From positions 2,445,111 through 2,509,110 of the forward strand of contig MU058824.1 in assembly GCA_013265495.1 (NCBI GenBank): DNA of 64,000 nt. Direction: 5' to 3'. Origin of the DNA: Vicugna vicugna (lineage: Eukaryota). Shown here in pieces: positions 11,677 to 24,120 of this stretch (its first letter is position 1; each line of letters begins with the position of its first letter). The notes under the pieces were generated by a model that saw nothing but the letters and a program-made list of their open reading frames with translations, did not search any database and was not told the origin of the DNA. A program made the translations under genes and the position numbers.

Positions 11677-13319
11677 GTGACGAAGGTAACAAAGCCAGCA
11701 AGCAGTAGAGCTGGCAGGCAATCCGTGCTCATTGCTACCGCTCAGGCCACCTTCCCCCAGCAGCTGTCACTTCTGTAACGCTGACAGAGTCCCAGGCCCT
11801 GTCTCAAGCATGTTAAATACAATAACTCATTTAGTCCCCACAATGACTCCACTTTATAGATCATAGCTGGGGAAGTCGAGGCACAGGGAGTTAAAAGTTA
11901 CCTGAGATTATACAGCCACTAACGGACAGACCTCAGATTTGAACCCAGGGAGGCATGTTCTTAACCACTACGCAAAATTGCCTGCTGGCACCCTGAGAAT
12001 TAGAGTTAAGAAAACATTTCTCTCTCCTGCAAGACCGGTCTTTTTCTAAATCAGACATGACCTGGCCTCCAATTCATCTTTCCTCCCTTTCCCTTTTGGC
12101 TCTCATGATTCATCTCAGAGCTGATGTGAGTGTCCAAAAACAGTTGCTGTCTTCAGCTAGGACCCTGGCACATTTCCCCTCCTTATTCTGCGTCAGGTAT
12201 TCTTAACCTAGGCTTTGGAAAGGCTTTCAGAGCGACGCATGTGCCCACGGAAATGACATGCAAACTGTTGTATGCGTGGACATTTTCATTTTTCTGGAGC
12301 AAGGGTCCATGGCTCCCATCCCATCGTATTCTCAAAGACTTTCCTGATCCTAGTTTTCAAATTTTCTGCTCTTTTTTTTTTGACATTTTACTAGTTATGT
12401 TGTCTGTGCCAGTTTATTTTAAGCAATCTCATACCCTTTCAATGGTGTAAATGGAATGCAGTTTAACAACCATACACAAATGCATATAATGTTGCCATCC
12501 AGTCTGACTTTTTAAATCTTCCCGGGTTTGCACGGAGAAGTCCGCCTTCCCAGCTCTCCGATCCCTTGTTTTCTGAGTGGTTTTGAGCCCATCCCAGCTC
12601 TGGCCAGGTGTTCATCCTGTGCTCATAGACACCAAACATGTAAGCAGGGTGCACTGAAAAAGGCAATTGGTTACAGAAGCCTAGAGCTCTGGTGCTCAGT
12701 GGAGGTTCTAGGCTGGCCAGGTACAAGGCAGTGTGACTTTAAAGCCTTAGCTGGGCCTAAATTTCTCCAGAACACAAAGGAGAAGGCAGGAAGGCAAAAG
12801 AAATAACCCACAGCTGTGGACCTGACCTTTCCAGCAGCCTGCCTTCCCTGGGGCCTTTTTCAGTGAGCTCTAGCCACGTGCCCCACCACGTGGCCCTCCC
12901 CCAATCACAGGCCCCATCATTAGTTCTCGGACCCTGAACATTCTATTACCCGGGCCTTCCCATGTGCCCCACTGCACACCACACACCCCTACCCGTGCTC
13001 CACTTTGTTCTAGCCCCGCCAGGTGCTTCTGCATGTCCCCACCATGCTCCATAAAGACAAAAACTAAACAAAAACAACCAGAAAGAGCCCTGGAGTTTTG
13101 ATTTTGAGTCAAGGCTTAAATGAATTCATTTGTAGGTTTAAATAAAAACACTATCTGAAAGCCATGGCCAAGGGAAAAGTTGGCGATAACTAGCACTCAC
13201 CTTGGCGCTCACAGTGCAGTGGTCTGTGTTTGCAGGATGAGACTCACAGTATTAGATGTTCATTAGCGCTTATTAGGAATGATTAAGCTTATTATTTAAT
13301 AAACTTATTAGAAACAAGC

Positions 13320-13422
13320 TGCTTATTAGAAATTCAGAATCTCAGGCTCCCTCCTGAGCCTACTGAGCCGAAATCTGCATTAACAAGATGCCGAGTGATT
13401 CCAGTGTTAGAGAAGCACTAGT
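13320..13422. mobile_element. MER5A-like hAT fragment
   Basis: agaaattcagaatctcaggc...cctactgagccgaaatctgcattaacaagat...gagaagcact. Confidence 0.65.
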
Positions 13423-13789
13423 CTGGAACACAAAGGCTCATTTCTTAAGTTTCCCAAACCCTGGAGAGCCCCTGGTTTTTTCTGGGGAATACACACCCCA
13501 CTTGGATGACCTGGGATAATTCCTATTCGGATTCACTGTGCTTTTCACAAAAACGGGTAATAAGACCTGCCCTTCCTTCTTACGGGGTTACTGTGAGTGT
13601 CAGGTGAGAGCATGGGTTCATTCCATTTATTGTGAGGGGGCTGACAGGGGCTGCAGGCTTGGCAGGGAGCAGAACGGGTATGGTTTCTGCCCTCACGGAG
13701 CTGATGGCCTGGTGGGGTGGGAAGCCACATAGATGATGTTGTGTGATTTTCGTCATTATCACAGGGTTTTCCGTTACTTATTCTTTTAC

Positions 13790-14830
13790 ATATTCATTCA
13801 TTCAATGATCAGTTATTTACTAAAACATAAGGTACTTGCACTATGCCAAGCGCTAAGCTCTGAGCTCGACACTAGGGAAGGAGAAATAAGTGAACCATAA
13901 ACTCAGCCCTTGAGGGTATCAGTCTAGTGAGAGATAAGGATGATGATTACATTTAGAAGACACTATGGCTGGTTGTCTGAGGTGTACTCAGAGGGCTATG
14001 GGAGCACAGGTGAGGCAATGACTGGCTTTGCTTTAAAGAAGGATTACAAGTTCGCTGTGTTGAGAAGGGAGAGAACAGCATTCCAGGCAGAAGGAATAGC
14101 AGGACAGCGAGGCGAGGGCACGTGTGCTTGCACCACGGCCAGAGGGTAAGGAGGAATGGAGGGGAGTGCCAAGAGATGGTTTCGGAGAAGTACCTTGGGG
14201 CCAGATCTTAAATGGTCCTGGAGTTCGATGACAAAGAATCTGGTAGGAAATGGGGAGTCCCTGAAGAGCGAGGAATAACATTGTCAGAGCTACACTTCAC
14301 CGAGATCTTTCAACAGCAGCATGAGAAGGAAAGGCTTGGGGCAGAAAGACTCATCAGAGGCTCTGACAATAGCTCGGGGGTAGTGATTGTGGGGATAGAA
14401 ATGAACAGAAGAGATATTAAGGAAACTAGAATGGATAGGCCTTCAGATCAAATGAATGTGATGGTGAAAGGTAGGGAGGTTTCTGGCTCAGAGCCTGGGT
14501 GGATCATGTTACTGTTAACCAAGACAGGGGGACACTGGAGGAAGACTGCATGAGCCTGAGTCGGGCCTGTCGGGTGCAAAGTGCCTTTGGGACACCTTGT
14601 TGGCTTTGTCCTATAGGCTGGAGTCACAGATGCCTAGAACTGAGAAGAATGGTCCAGGCCCCATGAATTTGGGAGTTGCCAGTGTACAGGGGGTAGTTGG
14701 AGCCATGGGAGTGAATGGGACTGTAGGAGGCTGTGGATGGAAAGGAATAGGGTTGAGAGAGGCACTAACATGTAAGGGATGAGAAGAAGAGATGAGTCTG
14801 TGAAGAAGGCTGAGTGAGGCCAAGAGGCAC
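13790..14830 (-). mobile_element. L2 element
   Basis: Begins ttcattcattcaa (reverse L2 tail), followed by a purine-rich L2 body. Confidence 0.7.
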
Positions 14831-17800
14831 TTCTGCCTCATCACCCACCAGATTTATCTCCCAGCAACAGCCCTGGGGCCACCTCCTCAGGAGCCCCAGG
14901 GTGAGTGGTGACTCAGGCTGGGGAGCTGAGAAGAACTGAGACAGGGACAGCTCTTTCACAAATCTGTTTTTCTTCCAGAGAAAAACAGGACATAAGATAA
15001 AGGAGAAACAAAAGCAAAAAAAAAAAAAAAAAGTGCTTGAATGTCTCTAGGTTTTCAGATCAGACAAGATCTGGGTCCAGTACCTCCTAGCGTCGAAGAA
15101 AGCCTCCCAGACTGTCCCAGGTTGACTCCAGTGAGCTCATTCTTTCCTTATCATTAAGAGAGAAGAGAATCTGGCCTTATGATTAACAAAAGGAAAATTT
15201 TATAAAACAAAATGAGGGACAAGAAATGGTCCCCCAGTTATGCCACCTGTTTCATGTTTCTCCATACAAACAGGCCTGTGCCTTTAAACAGATAATGGCT
15301 CCTAGTGGCCAAATTATTGATCTATTTGGTGTTCTGGCTTTAAGGGAAGAGTGAATTGGCCTCTTTAGAAATGTTGGCAGCCTGGCTGGTCCATTAGTAA
15401 GACTGAAAAATCAAAACATTGACTGGAAAAGGCCATGATGACTGGGCTCAGCAGGAGTCATTGATAGATGATGTCATTTCAGAAATAAGCAAGCCAAGGT
15501 CATGAGGCCCCTGGGCAGAGTCAAACTGCCCCTCATGGCCCATCGCCACCCTCTTTCACAGATACAGACGTCTCCCAAGGGGACACAAGGGCCTGAGCCA
15601 GAACTGGCTTTATTTTACCCTTTCTTTGCTCAGTTTGAATCTAGACGAATACGATTTTAGAACCTGATTCTAGAGACTGTGACATTCAGCAGGTCATTAA
15701 GGAAGACCCTCGGTGCTCTCCTGCGATGCTCCTTTCACCCTCTTCCCCTCTCCCTGGTCTGTCTCCGCCTCTTCTCACACTCCTCATCCTGGAAATACCC
15801 GCCTCCCCTCTAGGCCCTGTCCCCAGCTCCTACAACCTTCTCTCTTCCTTCCTTTCTCCTTCAAGCTTTTGGAAGAGCTGTTGGCTCTGTCTCCAGGCTT
15901 CAGCTCCCATTAGCTTCTGCCTCTTCCTCTCGCTAACACTAGTAATATTGTCGGTACCAAGCACTGGACCAAGGGCTTTCCCTGCATCATCCCTCTTAAT
16001 CCCCACAGCAACCCCCTATGAAATGGGTGCTATTATTATCCCCATCACACAGAGGAGGAAGCTGGGGCTCAGACACACAGGCTGGGTCACTGGCTTCAGT
16101 AAAGCAGTGGCAGATCCCATTCTTGAACCCTCCGCAATGCCCTGGCCGAAGTCACCCATGAATCCTGCCAATCCTGGTGGCCCTTTCCCAGTCTTCATCC
16201 CCTCTGTCTCTCTGCAGCAACTGGCACCACCAGTCTCTCTCCTCCCTTGGCTCTTGGGGACCAGTTTCCCCCACACTTTCCCTCCTTTGCACAGGGGGCC
16301 CCTGGATTTTATCCCTGGCACTTCACTTTTCTCATGATAGAAAGTCTTCCAAGGGAAACTTTGAGTCCTCGGGATTCCAGGTCCACTGGAGACCATCTTG
16401 CCCACTCCCTTATCGCTCCAGGTCACTCTAAGTGTGTGGCAGAGCTGGAGCTAGAGCCAGGTGTCTTAACCTCCAGGTCAGTCCACCTCCTATTACTCAG
16501 AGCTGCCACTATCTACTTGTTTTCTGCTGAGCAGCAGGAAGCAGCCCAGCCCTGGAGGGAGGGAGAAGGTGGGAGACCCTGATAAGGTGGGGTGGAGGCT
16601 ATTTTTAGAGGACACTGGCTTTCCACTTAGGCTGGGAGGAACTCAAGGGCCAAGATCTTCTAAAATGTGGGTTTGCAAGACTAGCTCATTAAATACAATG
16701 AACACACTGAAGTGACAGTGCTCCTTGCTTTCACGCTCTGCCTGTTTGTTGTGTGGCTGGAATTGATAAGACCCTTACTATTTGTCTCCATTTCCTCTTA
16801 GTTCAATCTGAGAGGCTTTAGAAAAAAATATATGATAGAAAGTAAAGTAGAAACAAAAATGAAACATCAGGAAGAGGGCGCTATTGTCTGAGCAAAGGAA
16901 AGTTCTGGACAGCAGCAGACCAAAGAAAAGGGGCTGTTGATGGGGTGCTCACGGATCCCCATGATCTGCCTGAGCCCAGGACGTGCCAGGAAAGAGATGA
17001 GAAAGGCTAGTGGAGACTCAGCCTGGTGTGTCCAGCAGCATGTGACCCTGAGCAGGGGGCTCTGCAGATTTTTGCAGGGAACAAAATGGCTGTCACTGCT
17101 GAGTGAAAGATGGGGATTTTTGAGGTGTTCCCGCTGAGGGTCCAGAACCTGGATTAGGGTCTGGTTCTGTGATTTGGACAGGGAGAAGCTTAGACTAGGC
17201 CATCTCCGAAAGTCTGAGAGGGCAATAGTTAAGGCCAGAGAGGTGGCGATGGGGCTGTGTCTGCCTGCAGGGCTCCGAGGCAGCATCATAAGCACCATAT
17301 AGATGGGGAAACTGAGGCCAGGGAGCGGTTGGACTGGAGCCTCTAGCCCTGCCCCGTTCATTGGGTCTAAAGCTGTTTGACTCACAAGCTTCTTTGCGAA
17401 GGTGATGGCTGCCACTCAGCAGAGGTGCCCGTAATTACCGCGGGGCGCGCTTCCTGGGCGGTGCACGGCCCGGCTATTCCGAGGGTCCTAACAGGTCTTA
17501 GAATAAGGCCCGAGTCAGAGGGACCGCCAAAGTTTCCGGTTTCCACAACCCCTCCGGATATGCGCGGCTGTGCCCACAGCGTCCCAGGTCCGGAGCCGGT
17601 GAACAGGTGGGGGGAGCGCCTGCGGTAAAGAGCGTGCCCTACTGCTCTCACGGCCCCGGCCACGAGCTCCATCGCAGGAACCGAACCCTTCCCCTACAAA
17701 TGGGGAAACCGAGGCCCAGAGAAGGGAGGAGGCTTGCCAAGTCCACCCAGTGAGCTGACGATAGCCAGGAGCCTCGCGCCTCCGGGCTCCTCCGCTCCAC

Positions 17801-18270
17801 TTCGGCGCGAAAGCCGTGTTACTAGGAAGCTTTAAACCTTGTCATCTCCTGCAGTTTGGGAAACTTTTCCTGCTGCAAACAGTCGCGGCCGGATCGCGGG
17901 TATCGCGTCCATCTGAGAGCGTACGCCCCCACTCCCACTTCCAAAGCTTCCGTAACCCGAGGGGAGGCGGCGCCTGGGCGCCTGGGTGCCGGGCTCGGCC
18001 GCACCTGTAGCCTGTAGTGCGCTGGACGCCGAGCCACCAAGCCCTGGAGTCAAGCGCGCGGCGGGGGCGTCTGCCTCGCTAAGACCCCGGCCCTCAGCGC
18101 TGCTCCTCGAGAGTCCCCAGGTCCTTCTCCCGTTTACAGACGCGGCGCCGGGGTCTAGAGGGAAGGGAGCCCTGGCCAAGGCCACGCGCGTCGAGTGCCG
18201 CTGACGAGAGCGCCGGACTCCGGACCCCGAGACCCGGGCTCCTCAGCCCTGAGGCAACCCGAGGCGGCGG

Positions 18271-18344
18271 CTATTTATAGAGGGAGCCACGCTCAGTCCC
18301 TCTTGGCGGCGGCGGCGACAGCTGAATATTTTGCCCAGATATGG
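18271..18344. promoter_or_regulatory. Candidate muscle module: MEF2/TATA (CTATTTATAG), E-box (CAGCTG), CArG-like (CCAGATATGG)
   Basis: Exact MEF2 consensus at 18271-18280 (reads CTATAAATAG on minus). CAGCTG at 18319-18324. One-mismatch CArG at 18335-18344. These AT-rich motifs stand out inside a GC island. Confidence 0.55.
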
Positions 18345-18413
18345 CTGGGGCCCGGCGCGGGGGCAGGGAGCCCCACGAGCCCGAGGGGACCCCTGGCCGG
18401 GTGGGAGACTTAC

Positions 18414-18570
18414 CGGGCCGGAGAGCCACGGAGGCTGGCGCGGGCGCTGCCGGCGGCGGGAGGCGCGCGGGCGGCCGACTGACGGGCGCGGGCGGCGGGC
18501 GGGCGAGCGGAGCGCGGGGCTGGGCGGGCTCCCGGGCGGCCGCGGGCGGGCGGGCGCTGTGGGCTCCGGG
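18414..18570 (-). other. TMOD1: Non-coding GC-rich first exon of TMOD1 (5' boundary approximate)
   Basis: Consensus donor CCG|GTAAGT at 18413. The exon is ATG-free, lies in the CpG island, and sits just downstream of GC boxes at ~18610-18630. TDRD7 followed by TMOD1 head-to-tail matches known mammalian synteny. Confidence 0.7.
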
Positions 18571-19110
18571 GGTGGGAGTCAGGGGCGGTCCCGGCTCCGC
18601 GCTGTCACCGCGCCCCGCCCCGCCCGCCGCCCTCTCCCTCCTTACCTCTCCCTCCACTCGGGGGCGCCGGGGCGCAGCACACAGTCCCCGGCGAGGGAGC
18701 AACACCCACTGGGTGTCCGGGGGGCCCGCCCGCTCCGAAGCTTGGTTCCGCGGCCAAGTGGGTGTGCGTGGCCTCCTGTCTGCGTCTCGGTTTGTCCACT
18801 TGTACCAGGTAGAGTTATGTGGGAAAAGGTGGGCGGATTTTCATTCTGTGGGTTCTGAGATGTAAGAATCGGTAGGTCCTTGGATGGTGCAAAGCTAGCC
18901 AAGAGACTGCTGCACCTTTACCTCTTTTGAAGCAACGACCCGTCCCATCTTATTAGCAGCTCAGCAAGGTCTGATCTGAGCAGAAGCTTTAATCACGATC
19001 GTTTTGTGAACACGTAGTTCCAAGAGTCAAATGCATTCTCTCTGTACTGGGAGAACCAGAGTATCCAAAATAATGATTTAAAATAACCACAACAACAACA
19101 AAAAAACCCA

Positions 19111-20541
19111 CCTTTTTTCTTCCAGTTTTATTGCAATATGATTGATATACAGCACTGTATAAGTTTAAGGTGTACAGCGTGATTTGATTTACATACATCA
19201 TGAAGTGATTATCACAAGTTTAGTGAACATCTATCATTTTATATAGATACAAAATTAAAGAGAAAAAATGTTCTCTTGTGATGAGAACTCAGGATTTACT
19301 CTTAAAAACTTTCATATATTAGGTACAGCAGTGTTTTTATATGTATCATGTTGTACATTTTATCCCTAGTACTTAATTATCTTATAAATGCAAGTTTGTA
19401 TCTTTTGACTGCCTTCATCCAATTCCCCACTCCCCCACCAACCAAAGTCTGATTTCATTGTCTGAGTTTGTTTTTTAAGTATAATTGACCTACAACATGT
19501 TAGTTACTTTTGCACAACATAGTAATTTGATATTTCTATACATTTCAAATTGATCACCATGATAAGTCTAGTTACAATATGTCAACATATTAACACTGTA
19601 CATTTCATACCCCTGACTGATTCTATTTTGCAACTCGAAGTTTGTACCTCTTAATCTTCCTCACCTATTTCTCTCCTCCGCCAAACCCTCTCCCCTCTGG
19701 CAATCACCTGTTTGTTCTCTTTCTATAATTCTTCCTATTGTATGCTTGTTCATGTGTTTTGCTTCTTAGATTCCACATGTAAGTGAAATCATATGGTATT
19801 TGCCTTTCTCTGACTTATTTTGCTTAGCGTAATACTCTCTAGATCCATCCATGTCATCGCAGATGGCAAGATTTCATCCTTGTTTATGGCTGAGTAATAT
19901 TTCACTGTATATATATACACTACAACTTCTTTATCCAGTCATCTGTTGAAGGACGTTTATGTTGTTTCCACATCTTGGCTTTATGGTAAACAGTGCTGCT
20001 ATGAACATTGAGGTGCATATATCTTTTTGAATCAGAGTTTCCTCTGGATATACACTCATGAGTGGGATTGCTGGATCATATGGTAAGTCTATTTTTAGTT
20101 TTTTTTTTAGGAATCTCCTTACTGTTTTCCATAATGGCTGCACCAAACTACATTCCAACAGTGTAGGAGAGGTTCCCTTTTTTCTACACCCTGTCTGGCA
20201 TTTATTGTTTGTGGATTTTTTAATTATGGCCATTCTAACTGGTGTGAAATGATACCTCATTGTAGTTTTGATTTGTATTTCTCTGATAATTAGTGATATT
20301 GAGCATTTTTTCATTCATGTGCTTATTGGCCATTTATCTGTCTTCATTGGAAAATTGCTTGTTTAGGTCTTCTGCCCATTTTTGGATTGGGTTGTTTGTT
20401 TTTTGTTATTAAGTTGTATGAGCTGTTTATATGTTCTGAAAATTAAGCCTTTGTCAGGTTCATCATTTGCAAATTTTTTCTTCCATTCCATAGGTTGTCT
20501 TTTTGTTTTGCTTATGGTTTCCTTTGCTGTGCAAAAGCTTT
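19111..20541 (-). mobile_element. 5'-truncated L1 (ORF2 C-terminus and 3'UTR)
   Basis: ORFs 19931-20314 ([22 protein letters not shown]...) and 20363-20569 (FCTAKETISKTKRQPMEW...) are L1 ORF2 C-terminal sequence. The 3' end has AATAAA (19127-19132) and an A-rich tail. Confidence 0.92.
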
Positions 20542-20879
20542 TAAAGACTAGTATATTTTCCAGGAGCAAACCGCTTAAACCCGAACAGAAACTTCAAGTG
20601 TTTTAATTTCTAAAATGGCTCATAAAAAGGAATTTGTGTGGATGGAAGGTAAGGTGTCTTTGGATTATTATGGGAAAGTTTCTGGTGGGGTAGACCCTAT
20701 TAATACCAAATTTTTGATGTTGGTATACAGATTAATAATGAGAAACATTTTTAAAAATCTCATTTCCATAAAATGTATTGCTACGTTACAAAACCCTCAC
20801 AGCTATAAGAGAATACTCTTCTCAAGAGATAATGTGCCATATATATTGAAAGTAATGCAATTATATTTCAGATTTTAAT

Positions 20880-22140
20880 TTTTAAGCACTTTTTGTTGTA
20901 GGATCAAATATTTAAGAAAAGGGCATACAATTTAAGTGTGCAGGTTCAAGAATTTTTGTCATAAGAACATCTGTTGCAACCACCACTAAGAAATAACACT
21001 GCCAGTAGCCAACTTGTGCCCTTCTGGGTCACAACCCCCTCCTAAAGATGATCACTTCTTAACTCTTACGGTGATCACTTCCTTGCTTGCCTCTTTCCTC
21101 CAGAGTTTATTTTCATTTGCTCAACTCCATGTTGTGAGATTAATTGGTGTTGGTTCATGTGCCTGTAATTTGTCTACTCTCATTGCTGTAGAAGTAGGTT
21201 TCCATTGCGTGAATATACCGCAGTTTTTAAAAACATCCATTTTACCACTAACTTGACATTTAGGTTGTTTCTGGGTTTTAGCTATTACCAGTAGTGCTGC
21301 TGTGAACATTCTTTTCCAGTATTCTCCTGTGCCGGTGCACACATCTTCAACACACTTGGAATTAACAGAAATGGAAACATTTTTGCCATTCTGGTACATG
21401 AGTAGTGGTATCTCATTGAGGCTTGAATTTGCATTTCCCTGTGTCCTAATGGGTTGAGCACCTTTTCATGTTTATTGGCCAGTTGGATTTCCTCTTCTGG
21501 GACGTGTTTGTTCAACTGTATTGCCCATTTTGCTTCTGGATCATCTTTTGTTTATTGAATATATATAATCTGTTTTCCTGCTATATCTATGTATCTGTAT
21601 CTACCTCTATGTATTCCTCCAATCTGTGCTTTGCCTGTTCACTTTCATAATGTCTTTGATGAACAGATGTTCTTCATTCTACTATCGTCTAGTACAGCTG
21701 ACCCTTGAACAACACAGGTTTGAACTGTGCAGGTCCACCTATAGACAGATTTTTTTCAATAGAAAATACTACAGTACTACACCATCCCCCAGACGGTTGA
21801 CTCTGAGGATGTGGAACCATGGACATGGAGGAACTGCATGTACAAGGGCTGACTGTGAAGTTATATGGGGATTTTCCATGGCAGGAAGGGTTGGTGCCCC
21901 TAACCCCAGCCTCCTCCCCATGTTCAAGGGTCAACTGTGTATCAGTCTTTTCTTCTATTGTTAATCACTTTGTGCATCCAGTTTAAGACATCTTTCTGAC
22001 TCCTGGATTATAGTTATTTTCCTGTTATCTTCCTACATCGGCCTTTTCATGTTTAGGCTTTCAGTACACCTGGAATTGACATTTGAATATGGTGTGAGGT
22101 AGGGGTCAAGTTTCATATGTCTGTCAAATTGTCCTATCAC
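20880..22140 (-). mobile_element. Old L1M fragment interrupted by a Tigger MITE
   Basis: ORFs 21121-21515 resemble degenerate L1 ORF2 C-terminus (REMQIQASMRYH, MFTAALLVIAK). Confidence 0.75.
21695..21937. mobile_element. Tigger2a-like MITE
   Basis: TIRs cagctgacccttgaaca / tgttcaagggtcaactg, with a TA on the left flank. Confidence 0.85.
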
Positions 22141-23677
22141 TGGATTAATTTTTCAGTTATATCAAAATGCAACTACTGCCTTATTTTAAAAATAGAAACA
22201 CTCCTAAAGTTAGTGAAGTAGGAACTACTTATTGGTAGTAAATTTTGGTTTTTTTCTTTCTTTTCTTTTCTTTTGGTTAGGGAAAGAAACCATTACTAAA
22301 AAAACACTCATACTACTTTATTTCACTTAAACATTCGTGTGTCAGGATATTTTTACTTTATCATAAATGATTATTTAAATCACTAGTATAAAAATTCCTC
22401 AATTTTGAATCACTTTATAAATAATAATATAAATTTTAAAAACCTAGAACATTTTACATGAAAAACTTAAAACATCTGGTCTTTCTTTCTGTTCTCACTT
22501 TTCTTAGATTTTCTGAAATAAAAATAAGGAAATGATTTTAAGAATTTTTATCTCTGGTCTGGTCTTCTCCCCTGAAATCCACTCAATATTTCCAATAGTT
22601 TATATATCTCCACACAGAGTCTATTAGCTTAAACATATACTATGTTCAAAATCAAAATTTTAAGCTTCCCAGTCAAGCTGAGTAAGGGGTCACCATCCCA
22701 GCCTCTCAGACCTTAATACTTGGCTTCACATTTTGACACCTCCTTTTCCCTATCTTCTGTATCTAAGATGTCAGTTCTAATAATTCTAATTAAAAACTTC
22801 AAAAAGTCTTTAATATTTTTTTCTTCATTCCCATTGCTCCATTCTTAGCCCAGGGCCTGCCTGCTTCATCTCTGGACCACTGCTAAGCCCTCCACCCTGT
22901 CCCTCTGTCAACCCATCCTGCCTATCAATTAGCAAGCACACAACGGGTGTCTGACACACGTAAGCTATCGCTCCGCCTGCCGTGGAGGATACGTGTGAGC
23001 TCCCTCTGTCAAGGAGCTCACAATCTATTTGGGATGACTGGCACAGACAACTAGTTAGACACTATGAAGGGTGGTGAGATCTGGGCACATGAGAGGCAAA
23101 CTCAAAGTTCAATGTGGTGGTGGTGAGGCACCAGGGAAGGCTGCATGGTTAGCTTGGGAGGTCATGGAGGATACTTACAAACAAAAATGGTGGGGAGAAA
23201 ATAAGCTGCAGGCTGAAGGAACAGAGTAAGAGTGGTTTGGAGGGGAGCATGACCCCTGGCTGAGCATGGGGTTCAGGAACCACCTGAAGGTCCAGTATAG
23301 CTGCTGCAGGAACAGTAGACAGTGAGTTTGGGCAGAGAGACTGTAAAAGGCCTAGGTCTTTGGTCTGGACTCTGGGTAATGCGAAGCCATTCAAGCTTTG
23401 GGGTGATTTGGGGTGAGAGGCATGCTGGTTTGCTTGGGCTGTGCCTCCAGCAGCACCCCTAGCAATGCTGCTGTGCTAAACACAGTCTGGTGACCACTTG
23501 CTCTAGGACATACACATCACTACACTGCGGTAGGGCTGAGTCGTAAAATCCTTAACCTAACTGGAGAAGAACCAAGCACTGCAAAGAAGACAACACGAAT
23601 AGAGAGGGAAGCTCTTCACCTTAAGATCATAAAGCCTAGAAATGATAAGGTAGTCAGTTTTTATATTGATAAACAGT

Positions 23678-23683
23678 TTTATT
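23678..23683 (-). terminator. TDRD7: TDRD7 polyadenylation signal AATAAA
   Basis: Plus-strand tttatt at 23678-23683, ~220 nt downstream of the stop codon. Confidence 0.7.
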
Positions 23684-23899
23684 CTAATATTATAGTAATA
23701 ATTCAAGTGCAATTCTCCTTGAAAAGTCAACTCTGTTAAAACAAAACTTGTTAAATATCTTCCATCAAACATAAGCATACTATTCAATCTTCACAGCAGT
23801 CAGAGCCATGTAGCAGAGGTAAGATTTTTTTTTAAAGCCTACTACATTTTGTTATTGCTAAAATATCCGAATTAGTTGTCAAGGTCTCAGAAGCAGCGA

Positions 23900-24120
23900 T
23901 TAATTAACTTTTGAAAGCTCTACCAGATACTCTGACATAAAATCATGAATCCAGATATCCGTGTCTGGTAGCGATGTGTCCACTAAATAAACCACTACTT
24001 TCCGGTCCCAAGGGTTAGCATTTTCTATAACCGTCTGCACCAGTGCTACCAGAGGCTTCTTCTCCACATGATTTCGAAACACCATCGAAGCCTCCTCAGA
24101 CCACTGGCTGCACTTCACTC
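23900..24120 (-). CDS. TDRD7: TDRD7 last coding exon (exon 17), 221 nt including stop
   Basis: Acceptor ctcctag|GA. Encodes (G)[24 protein letters not shown]...[14 protein letters not shown], the TDRD7 C-terminus. Confidence 0.97.

Larger units (their letters stand above)
17400..18800. promoter_or_regulatory. TMOD1: CpG island / TMOD1 promoter
   Basis: Very high GC and CpG density against a CpG-poor background. Tandem GGGCGG Sp/KLF boxes (plus-strand cgccccgccccgccc at 18611-18625). Confidence 0.9.

Noticed and set aside
15726..16426. 203-aa plus-strand ORF and its antisense partner
   Set aside because: Low-complexity Ser/Leu/Pro sequence crossing MIR-like repeat sequence, with a non-ATG start. 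No family resemblance or exon structure.
17816..18902. Overlapping 115-175 aa Gly/Arg/Pro/Ala-rich ORFs on both strands
   Set aside because: Expected stop-codon depletion in a CpG island; no recognisable protein similarity.
19931..20569. Protein-coding ORFs near the TMOD1 promoter
   Set aside because: They are broken L1 ORF2 C-terminal remnants.
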